Assembly (NCBI RefSeq): GCF_018350175.1
Contig: NC_058383.1
Coordinates: 5,520,001 to 5,584,000 of the forward strand
Origin: Felis catus
Taxonomy: Eukaryota
Length of the DNA stretch: 64,000 nt
Direction of reading: 5' to 3'
Each line of letters opens with the position of its first letter. The first letter of the stretch is position 1. Of this stretch, positions 12,436-22,640 are shown one piece after another. Position numbers and translations under genes: made by a program. Below the pieces are notes generated by a model. The model did not search any database. It saw only the letters and a list, made by a program, of their open reading frames with translations, and was not told where the DNA came from.

Positions 12436-13464
12436 AAGCACAGATAATTTAGCCAAGAGCTGTCTTTGAAGGCTCTGAAATCACTACTGCCTTTCAGCCG
12501 AGAAGGGGCAAGAGAAGGCAGGTCCCAAAAGCCCAAATTGAGTCCCCCAGGACGTCTGGGGGAGTGGCAGGGGCCACATTCATGGTCCTCTTATCACCCT
12601 TCCTTGAGCTAGGCCATCAGTGACTTTCTGGGCCTCTTGATTAGGGGACCTTCCCGGAGATGAATGTTTAGTGGTCAATTAAGAACTGTGGGGGGAAGGG
12701 GGCTCTCCCCTCCAGGTCCAAGCGCCTTACAGAACGGCGAGTGCGGGACTGACTGGCGCCCCTCCCCCTCCCCCCCCCCCCCCCCCCCCGGTTAATTGTG
12801 GGTTTTGTCTCCAAGGGGTGGATGTTCATGTTTTGCTGTAATTAGGTGAAAATTCTATTGCAATCACGTCAGTAATTGCTGTGTTCACACCAAGAGGCAG
12901 GGTTGAGCGGCCAGCCCCGGGGACGCGAGTCCTTGTCCCTGCCAGCTTCTCCTTGGATGGCAGCCACCGTCTCCTCGTGTGTCAGGGGCTCAGTGGGCAT
13001 ATCCGAGGCTCTGACCACGCCGGGTGTTTAAACACGGGCACCGGGAATCCCAGCAAGTATGGCTCTCAGCATTTCTTGAGCACCCAGCTGTGTGAACACA
13101 GCTCACACAATATCGCATTAATCCTTACGATGATCCAAAGACTGAGGGCCCATCTGTTTATAGATGAGGAAGCTGAGGCTCTCAGAAGTTAAGTGACAGA
13201 CCCAACATCGCGAAGCCAGATAGTGGCAGAACTGGGTTTGCACTGAACGAAGTTAGGGGCAGTCGAAACTCCCCAGATCCCAGGTTTTCATCACCAACAT
13301 GTCTTTGAAGTTGTAGATGCACAGTGATGTCCTCACCGAAACTTGGAGGTAGAAACGCGGGCGCCCAGGCGACAGGAGGGTTCTGCAGGCCGGGCAAAGG
13401 ATTTTCCCGAAAACCTGTGAGCCATCCATGCGCCACACGCTCTGGCTCAAAACTGTGTGTTTTA

Positions 13465-13945
13465 AGTCCCGATAGAAAATACGAGGTGTGGTGAGGCCAG
13501 CAGATCCGGAGACGAGCGCCATCGCAAAATTAGCGTGTCACTCACGTGCGTGCCATACGGGGCCACGTGAGGAAGCACCAGGGTAGGTCAGGAGGCGGAG
13601 GCAACAGGGAGAAAACACCCGTAAGAGCTTTTATTGTGTTTTTGGGTGGGAAGGAATGGCCAAGGCAGGAGAAGCAGGGTGAACAGGCCACGTAGGGTTG
13701 GGACTAATCCCAGTGGGCGCTGGGGCAGACAGGCTGGCCCTAGCTGGCTGGTCCCTGGCCCTGGGGGATCAGGGCAGGGGGGTAATGGCCCAGAGTGGGA
13801 GAAGGGGAGTGGAGTGTGGGCTCTAGAGGGTAGGTCTGCATATGAAAGGTACATTCCAGTGGTTTACTACTTCTAGGATTTGGCTAATCCTGGGAGGGGC
13901 AGTCTCTCTAGGGTCAACAGGACCCAGACAGGAAAGCACCAGAAC
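13465..13945 (-). mobile_element. MER74/MER73-like ERVL LTR
   Basis: ggaagcaccagggtaggtcaggaggc...tgcatatgaaagg...ggctaatcctgggaggggcagtc. Confidence 0.65.
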
Positions 13946-14518
13946 AGAAAATAAAAGACGTGGATGATACACTGTGCAAGAGCTTTGATCACAAGGAAAC
14001 TCTGGACCAAGAGAGATGAGCAGGATTTCACGAGGCTGAGGAGAGCAGGAAAGGACTTTTAAGCAGAGGAACGGGCATGAGCAAAGGTAAGGGGGCAGGA
14101 AGGTGTGGATGCGTGTGCCATGGTGCTCTGGAAAGGTCTGGAAGGTCACATGGTCCCGGGCTCCACCTCTTCTTTCTCATGCCAACCCTTCTACATCCTA
14201 TCAGTTTCCACATCACAGAGGGGGTACCATACCCACGGTGCTTCTCACACCTGCGCCTTCCCATCACCTCTCCTGCTCAGCCAAGCCCAGGCCACGTCAG
14301 CTCTTCCTTGGTGGTGGTGGGGGGGGGGTGGACAACAGCCTCCTAGCCCATCTCCCTGCCCCTCCTCTTATCCTCCTTCCTGCCATCTTCATGAGACGTC
14401 AATCGGACCATATTATTTCTACGTTCAGAACCTCTGTTGGAACTGAATATTTGAAGATGTTAAGGAATTGTTGACTGTTTTTGGTAATGGTGGTATTGCT
14501 GATTAAAAAAAATAAAAT

Positions 14519-14995
14519 GGGGCGCCTGGGTGGCTCAGTTGGTTGAGGGTCTGACTTTTTTTTTTTTTTAATTTTTTATTTATTTTTGAGAGAGAGCAAG
14601 AAAGAGAGCGCAAGCAGGGGAGGGGCAGAGAGAGAGGGAGACCCAGAATCCGAAGCAGGCTCCAGGCTCTGAGCTGTCAGCACAGAGCCCGACACGGGGC
14701 TCAAACTCCCAGACTGTGAGCTCACGACCCGAGCTGAAGTCAAACACTCAACTGACTCAGCCACCCAGGCGCCCCGAGGATCTGACTCTTGATTTTGGCT
14801 CAGGTCATGATCTCATGGTTTGTGGGATTGAGCCCCACATTGGGCTCTGCCCTGACCGTGTGAAGCCTACTTGGGATTCTATCTTTCCCTCTCCCTCTCC
14901 CTTTCTCCCCCTCTGCTCTCCTCCCACCCCACGCGTGCATGCCCTCTTTCTCTCTCTCTCTTAAAATAAATAAACTTAAACATAAATAAAAAATT
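14519..14995. mobile_element. Nested CanSINEs: + host (14519-14556, 14776-14995) split by a - insert (14557-14775)
   Basis: Host sequence resumes after the insert; TSD gagggtctgact/gaggatctgact. Confidence 0.9.
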
Positions 14996-15442
14996 AAAAG
15001 GGTTCCTTTATCTTCTGGAGGTGCAGAATGAAATATTTGCAAATGAAAAAGTAGGATGTCTGGAATTTGCTCCGTAATAATATAGGAGGAGAAAGGAACA
15101 GGTGGAGGTGAGACCAGCCTGGCCTTGAGTTGAAGGTTTGCTAAAGCTGGTGACGGGTATGGGGACTGTCCTTATGCTCTGCCGTCCATGTTTCAAAACA
15201 AATGTCCCGAGTGCAAAGTTCAGTGAAAAAGTCTCTTCATGGGTCCCCAACAGGGACTAGACAGAGTCCAAACCCTCGACCTGGCTTTCCTAACCTCACG
15301 ACCTGGCCCCAGCTCTCCTCTCTGCTCCCCAGTTGCCCTCTCTAGGTACTAACGAGTGCCCTGAGCTCACCCCACACCAGCCCCTAACACTTGCCTCCTG
15401 TGCTTGCTCTGTCCTCAAAACACACCCCAAATTAAACTCATC

Positions 15443-15649
15443 TTTTTTAAAATGTTTATTTATTTTTGAGAGAGACAGAGAGATAGTGTGTGGCTGAGGG
15501 AGGGGCAGAGAGCGAGAGGGAGACAGGATTGAAGTGGGCTTTGCGCTGACAGCAGAGAGCCTGGTGCGGGGCTCGAACTACTGAACCGCGTGAGATCATG
15601 ACCAGAGCCAAAGTCAGACGCTTAGCCAGGTGAGCCACCCAGGAGCCCC
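15443..15649 (-). mobile_element. CanSINE
   Basis: Reverse SINE; TSD taaactcatctttttt/taaactcgtctttttt. Confidence 0.9.
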
Positions 15650-16127
15650 TAAACTCGTCTTTTTTTGCCTGCTACCCCTAGGCTAGCTTGGTACCTTGTA
15701 AATAACCTAAATTGTATTGTATTTCGAACACCTGCCTCCTTATCTCTCCTATTCATTCGTTCATTCATCCAATCAGTCAATCAACATTTGTTGGCCATTT
15801 ACAGTAGGCATTTAATCCAGCCACCAGGAACGTGGCTGGCATTGTGCCTGTTTGACCCAGAAGGTACAGGTGTTGGGTTGTTTTTTTGTTTTGTTTTGTT
15901 TTGTTTTGTTTTCGTTTTTACTTTTTCTTAGCCAGATTTTTATTGCAATCAATGTCATGGATTAACTTAAAGACTCCACAGTCTTCCAGAACCAGACTGC
16001 TGGGATGTGTCCTTGCTGGGCGAATTACTTACTTTCTCTGTGTTTCTGTTTCCTTGTCTGAAAAATCAAGGTTGGAATAGTACCTACCTTGTTGGGTTGA
16101 TGTGAAAAATTGAATGAGTTAATACAT

Positions 16128-16278
16128 GGGCCTCCTGGATGGCTCAGTCAGTTAAGCGTCCAACTCTTGATTTCGGCTCGGGTCATGATCTCACGGTTTG
16201 TGGGATCGAGCCCCATGTCAGGCTCTGTGCTGGCAGCGTGGAGCCTGCTTGGAATTCTCTGTCTCCCTTTTCTCTCTG

Positions 16279-16319
<41 letters not shown>

Positions 16320-16348
16320 ATAAGTAAATAAACTTAAAAAAAAAAAAA
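16128..16348 (+). mobile_element. CanSINE inserted into a MIR (~15985-16390)
   Basis: TSD-like gagttaatacat/gagttaatatat; MIR core on the left. Confidence 0.88.
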
Positions 16349-16576
16349 GGAGTTAATATATGTAGACCAGAGGCCAGGGCCATGGTTAAAGCATCTGTAC
16401 AGCACAAGCCAGAATCTCAGAGGTCACCTGTGTGTGTCCTCTGTCCCACATCCAACCATGTTCTGTGGGTTGTACTTGGTTGAAATGTATGCTATCATTT
16501 CTCCTCATCCCCACCTGAGGTGGTGAGGCCTCAGTCCATCACTTTGTGCCTGAGTGTCCACAACGCTCTCTCCATC

Positions 16577-17378
16577 CAGATAGCTTTCCCAGATAGTGAT
16601 TTCATTTCCTTCGGGTAAATACCCAGAAGCAGAATTGCTAGATCATCTGGAAATCCCGTTTTTTATTTTCCGAGGAGCCTCCGTATCGTTTTCCACCGTG
16701 GCTACACCAGCTTACGTCCTCCTGAAAGTGCGCAGGGGTTCCCTTTCGCCAGGTGCCCGTTGGCCGATGAATGGATAATGAGATGTAGTGTATCCGCACG
16801 ATGGAATATTACTCAAGCTTAAAGAGGAAGGAAATTCCGACACCTGCTACAGCATGGACGAAACTGGAGGTCACCGTGCTGAGCGAAATAAGGCCGCCAC
16901 AGAAGGGCAACAATTGTATGATTCCACTTATGAGAGACACCTGTAATCAAAATTATAGAAATAGAGAATAGGATAGTGGTTGCTGGGCATTGTGGGAGGG
17001 GGGAATTGGGAGGTAGTATCTCGTGGGCACAGACTTTCAGTTTGGGAAGATGAAAAAGACCTGGTGATAGATGGTGGTGATGGCTGCACAACAGTATGAA
17101 TGTACTTGATGTACTTCAAAATTATTAAAATGGCGACTTAAAAAAATATGTACTTTTGAGAGAGAGAGCATGCGCAAGTGGGGGAGGGGCAGAGAGAGAG
17201 GAGACACGGAATCCTGAGTAGACTCCACTCCTCCAGTGCAGAGCCCGACACAGGGCTCAAACCCATGAACCGTGAGATCATGACCTGAACTGAAATCATG
17301 AGTCGCCACTTGACTGACTGAGCCACTCAGGTGCCAGAAAATGGCGGCCTTTATGTTATGTGTATTTTACCACAATTG
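16577..17378. mobile_element. 5'-inverted L1MB-like element (antisense 16577-16751, sense 16752-17378) containing a CanSINE (17140-17335, -)
   Basis: Adjacent L1 ORF2-end segments in opposite orientation; SINE TSD aaaatggcg. Confidence 0.75.
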
Positions 17379-17387
17379 CAGAGAAAT

Positions 17388-17517
17388 TACTTCCTCAGCC
17401 ACACTAGCCACGTTTCAAAGGCCCAACATGTTGCCAATGGCTACCATATTGGATCACGAAGATATAGAACATTTCCATCATCTCAGAACATCCTGTTGGC
17501 CAGTGTGACGCCAGGAT
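17388..17517 (+). mobile_element. MER3/MER33 (hAT-Charlie) fragment
   Basis: cactagccacgtttcaa...ggctaccatattgga...atatagaacatttccatcatc. Confidence 0.7.
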
Positions 17518-18264
17518 GTAGTTGAGGAGGAGCTGGGTGCCATGGACCTCAGTGGTTCCTCCTCGCTGATATCATCACCGGGGACGAGGCATGAAGCCAA
17601 AAGGGGTGAGTGGGAAGCCTTCCCATGGGGCCTAGTGCCGAGGGAGTGGTGCATTCTGGGTTTTCCTATGCTCCTCCTGGATGATTTGAGAGTGAGCTGG
17701 ACTCGATCACAGATGCAGAGCCCAAAGCCCTGTCTGTGCTCACCTCTTAACAGACAAAAGAGACCTGTGATTCCATCCACCTTTAGAGAGGCTGAAGCAA
17801 GTACATCCCCCTCTGTATGACTCCAACGCTATTCCCCCTCGTTTTGGAGTCTTTCTCATTACGTGTACTGGGGTTCCTTGAGGACAGAGGGCTGCATCTC
17901 ATCTATTTTTCTACATGCTGTTAGCACTTATTACAATGCCTGGCACGGGGTAGCCGTTTGATAAGTTTTATTTTTAATTTAAAAAAAATTGTCTCTGTGC
18001 CAGGGTTCCTCCCACAAGAGTTGAGATGGCTGACAAAAGGAAAATATTCAACAAAGTAATCACAGCCTAGATAGGAAGAAGGAACCAGGGCCAGTTAAAT
18101 GAAAAAAGGAGGGACAACCAGGGACAGAAGAAGTCAAAAGGCAAGTCAAAGGCTGACAGAGTTGCTTTAACCTCCTATTTGCTTCAGAGCTTCCTAGTGG
18201 GCAAAGTGAAAAGGAAGATAAGATCAGTTGTGTCCCTTTTACTGTCAGGGAAGGAAACACGTCT

Positions 18265-18728
18265 GTGGCAGACATCTCCCCTTTGTCACTTCAGATCCAC
18301 CCTGAACCCTTCTCCACACCGTTCTTTGTCCCAGGAAGAGCTGCAGGGACTATACTAACAGGTTCCGGTGGCCTCCAGCTTCTTGCTGGGTTTAACCCAG
18401 GCAAAGCTCTGGCACGAGGTAAGAGGAAGCCTGGAGAGTAAGGTTGGGTTATTCATCTCCCCCGCCGCCCCCAGGGCCTAATCCCTTCAAGGTCACATTG
18501 CCTTGGGCTGGCTATTCCCTCAACTGAAGATCATCCTTCTGTACCTCGCTTTCTCCTCTTCTGGGTTCTGGTAACCCACTCCTTCCCCACTCTTTCCAGC
18601 CGGGGGTGATAACAACATGGCTGTGGTTAGCCACACCTTTGGAAATAGCTCCGTTGTAAATAAGCCCTCCTAAAATGGTGATATTTTGAGTGTGCCATCT
18701 GGATCCTGATGGGACCCCCACTGAAACC
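18265..18728 (+). mobile_element. LTR33-like ERVL LTR
   Basis: cagatccaccct...cacacctttggaaatag...ttttgagtgtgccatctg. Confidence 0.6.
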
Positions 18729-19059
18729 AATATCCATTTCTCATGAGAAGCAAGCTCTTGCCGCCCTAAATTTGAAAATGAATGTCTCATGTGGAGTGCA
18801 TTATAGGGATAGGGACTAAGGGGTGGTGAACAACATTCCCACAGCAAAGGCAAACGCGGAAAAGAGTGTCAACGAATTGCTTCCTCTACGAGAGCCAAGA
18901 ACATCTCATTCATTCATGCAGCAAATGATTATTCAACTCCTACTATGTGCCCAGGGCCGTTCCAGGTGCTGGGAATCACGCTAGCGAACAAAATGTAACC
19001 CGGGGAGGACAGCTCCCTGAGAGGCTGAGCTGCCGTGTCCCAGTATGTGCACTTTCGAA

Positions 19060-19475
19060 CGGTGGTTCTCAAACTTCAGCATCTGATCCCCCCCGGGGAG
19101 GCTGCTTTAGACACAGATACCGGGCTCCACCCCCAGTTTCTGTTTCAGGAAGTCCAGGCTGGGGCCTAAACATGTGCATGTCTTTTCTTTTTTTTTTTTT
19201 TTTAATGTTTATTTAGTTTTGAGAGACAGAGACAGAGTCAGAGCACGAGTGGGGGAGGGGCAGAGAGAGAGACACACACCATTGAAGCAGGCTCCAGGCT
19301 CTGAGCTGTCAACACGGAGCCCAACGCAGGGCTTGAACCCGCTGACCACGAGATCATGACCTGAGCCGAAGTCGGATGCTTAACCGACTGAGCCGCCCAG
19401 GCACCCCTAAAAATGTGCATTTCTAACACATTCCCAGGTGGTACTATTGCTTCTTCTGGTCTGGGGATCCCACTG
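19060..19475 (+). mobile_element. MER5A split by a CanSINE (19184-19407, -)
   Basis: gtggttctcaaactt...tgtgcatttctaacacattcccaggtg; TSD ctaaacatgtgcatgtct/ctaaaaatgtgcatttct. Confidence 0.8.
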
Positions 19476-19674
19476 ACTTGTGATGCCTAAACCCCAAGAG
19501 TGGTCCACAGAAGCCCTCTTGAAATGAGCATATCCTGTAAGCCCTCTGTCAGTGATGAATCTCCTCCTTCACTTTTGTATCCCATCTGGGGCCGTGTTCT
19601 CTAGCCAGGGTTCTGGATGCTAAAAATCCCCACTCTTAGTTATAAGAATCCAGGAGATATACCCCCCCCTCACC

Positions 19675-19869
19675 TTTTTTTGAAGTTTATCTATTTTGAG
19701 GGGGAGACAGAGAGCCGGGGAGAGGGGCAGAGGAGAGAGAGAATCCAAAGCAGGCTCTGCATCATCAGTGCAGAACCCAATGTGGGGCTTGATCCCCCAA
19801 ACAGTGAGATCGAGACCTGAGCCAAGATCCAGACAGTCGCTCAACCAACTGAGCCACTCAGGCACCCCC
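19675..19869 (-). mobile_element. CanSINE
   Basis: Reverse SINE body. Confidence 0.88.
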
Positions 19870-19919
19870 AGGAGATGTCCCTTTTTGAAAACAAAGGCAC
19901 TGATTCCAGGACTCTGGGT

Positions 19920-20585
19920 AGCATAGGAGTGTTGAGGGATAAAATCTAAACTGAGCACCCCCTTCTGTGTTCCCTCACTACGGCAGGGACTGGCTTCCCC
20001 ACTAAACGAAACCTCCAATTCTTAGCTGGCTACATGGCCAGCTAGAAAAAAAGCCTACATTTCCCAGGCTCCCATGCGCCCAGGCATGGCAATGTGTCTA
20101 CATTCAGAGCAATGAGTTTTTCTTCCTAATTGAGGTATAATTCACATAGCATAAAATTCACCCTTTTAAAGGGAATTCAGCGATTTTTCAATATAATTCA
20201 CCAAGTCGTGCAACCATCGCCACCGTAGAATTCCAGAAGGGCACATGAGTTTTAAGCTTCCAGGAACTTTCCTTAAAAGATAGCTCTTGTAAACTCTTTG
20301 CCCCTTCTTCTTCGCCCTGTCTTCCATTTTGCAACCTGGAGTGCGGATGTGCTGGCTGGCGTTCCAGCTGCTATCTTGGACCATGAGGATGGGGCCACAC
20401 GCTAGGGATGACAGCGTGGGAAGCTGGAAGGAGCCAGGACACCTGAGACCTTTGTGTTGCCAAGACTGTTCACCCAGACTTTTAAATGAGAAAGGAATAA
20501 ACTTGTGACTTGTTTAAGGGCTCTCTTATTTGGGGAGGGGGGGGGCGGTCACCAATACTCACAGCTGAACCTAATTCTGATAACC
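19920..20585 (+). mobile_element. LTR16-like ERVL LTR with an L1 3' fragment inside (~20116-20238, -)
   Basis: ctacatttcccaggctccc...gctatcttggaccatgagg...aataaactt...cagctgaacctaat. Confidence 0.65.
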
Positions 20586-21437
20586 AGTAATCTGATGAAT
20601 CAATCTGGGTTCTTAGTCACAACCCCAGGAGCTAACTCTAATTGGTTTGGGCAGAAAAGGGACGCATTAAAGATAATGGCTAACTCACAGCCTCCCCGGG
20701 AAGGCTGGAGAACCCAGATTGGAGCCTACCCGGGCAGGAACAAGGCCCAAGCACACCGCAGGACAGGTTTAATGGAGACACCACCGCTAGAAACAAATCG
20801 CAATCCCTCTGATTCCCTCTGTCTAGGCGTTATATGCAGTTTTGGCCACCCTCCCTCAGGGTGGATATGCCTGGTATTCGCTTCCATTTCTAGCCTCTGG
20901 CTAGGCACCCTTGCAACTGATTGGTGGAACACAGTCACACGGCAGGGCCCTAGCTTCAAAGGAGGCTGGGAGAATGATGATCAGCCAGGCCGGCCGGCCA
21001 GAAGGAATGATAAATGGCCACTACAACCACCTCTGGCATCCCCCACAGCTGTTGCCAAAGCAGCATCTCAGGTGGCTGTTTAATGAACAGAGCCTCGGGC
21101 TTACGTCCGTGGGAAGGAGATCTCTGATGGGCAATGGCTTATCTCCAGGACTCACTCAACCACGTCTTTTAATGCTTTATATTGCCTGTTGCTTTGGGTG
21201 TGATGAGTCTGTGTGTCGCCTCTTGAGATTCCCTGTTTGTCCTGAAAAGAAGCATATGCATCCGCAGTGAGCTTGTCATGAGGAGCAGGCAGTTCCTGAC
21301 CCAGCAGAAAATTCCGCCTGCAACTCCTACTCCAGAGTCATGGGTTTCCTCCTTTCTCTTTATCCCCGAGAGGACAAGGGCCCAAGCTTCATGACCAGGA
21401 CGGAGGGACTGTGTCACTGCAAGACTGGATTCGATCC

Positions 21438-21880
21438 AGGGGCGCCTGGGTGGCTCAGGCGGTTAAGCGTCCAACTCTTGGTTTTGGCTCAGGTCAGGCT
21501 CTTGAAGTTCATGAGTTTGAGCCCCGCATCAGGCTCTATGCAGAGAGTGAGGAGCCTGCTTGGGTTTCTCTCTTTCCTTCTCCTCTCATGCTCCCTCTCT
21601 CTCTCTCTCTCTCTCTCTCAAAATAAATAAATAAACTTATAAAAAAAATTCTAGGGGCGCCTGGGTGGCTCAGCCAGTTAAGCGTCCGGCTTCAGCTCAG
21701 GTCATGATCTCTCGGTCCGTGAGTATGAGCCCCGCATCGGGCTCTGTGCTGACGGCTCAGAGCCTGGAGCCTGCTTCCGATTCTGTGTCTCCCTCTCTCT
21801 CTGCCCCTCCCCCACGCACACTGTGTCTCTTTCTCTGTCTCTCTCTCTCTCAAAAATAAATAAACGTTAAAGAAAAATTT
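21438..21880 (+). mobile_element. Two tandem CanSINEs (21438-21649, 21654-21880)
   Basis: Two consecutive heads and tails. Confidence 0.92.
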
Positions 21881-22114
21881 TTTTAAAGTCTAAAAAAACT
21901 GGTTTGGACTCAGTGCCGATTCTTCATCCACAAAGAGAAGCTTTGGGCTCCATGCTTCTCAAGACCCGTCCAGCTCAAACCTATATTCTCGGGTTTAGTG
22001 CTGCTGCCTTTTCCAAACTTCCTGGGGCCCCTCCAGGAGGCAGGTGTTGCTGACACCTAGAATCAGGAGCCAGAGGACTTTTTTAATTGGCCTTATTTCT
22101 ATTTCTATTAAAAA

Positions 22115-22640
22115 GCAGGCTCGCTCAGCAATTCCACCTCTGGATATACACCCACGAGGACTGAGAGCAGGGGTGTGGGCAAGTAATGTAAGCCTATGCT
22201 CCTAGCAGCGTTATTCTCAACAGCCAGAGGGTAGAAACAACCCAGGGGTCCATCAACGAATGAATGGAGAAACAAGATGTAATCTATCGTACCTTGGAAT
22301 ACTATCCAGCCTTAAAAAGGAAAGAAATTCCGACACCTGCTCTGATATGAACCAGCCTCGAGGACATCATGCTAGATGAAAGAAGCCACTCACGAAATGA
22401 CAAATATTATATGATTCCACTTATGTTATGGCACCTAGAATAGTCGAATTCAGACAGAAAGTGAAATGGTGGCTGCGGGGGGCTGGGGGGAGATTCAGTT
22501 TGGGGAGGCGAAAAGTTTCCAGAGACGTTGGGTGGTGATGGTTGCACAGCAGTGTGAAGGTACTTAATGCCTCCGAGCTGTAACTTACGAATAGTTAAAG
22601 TGATACATTTTATGTTATGTATATTTGGCCATAATAATAA
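22115..22640 (+). mobile_element. L1MB-like 3' end
   Basis: cagcaattccacctctggatata...gaatgaatgga...tttatgttatgtatatttggcc. Confidence 0.8.

Noticed and set aside
20505..21083. 192-aa ORF
   Set aside because: Overlaps old LTR relics, has a non-ATG start and no homology I recognise.
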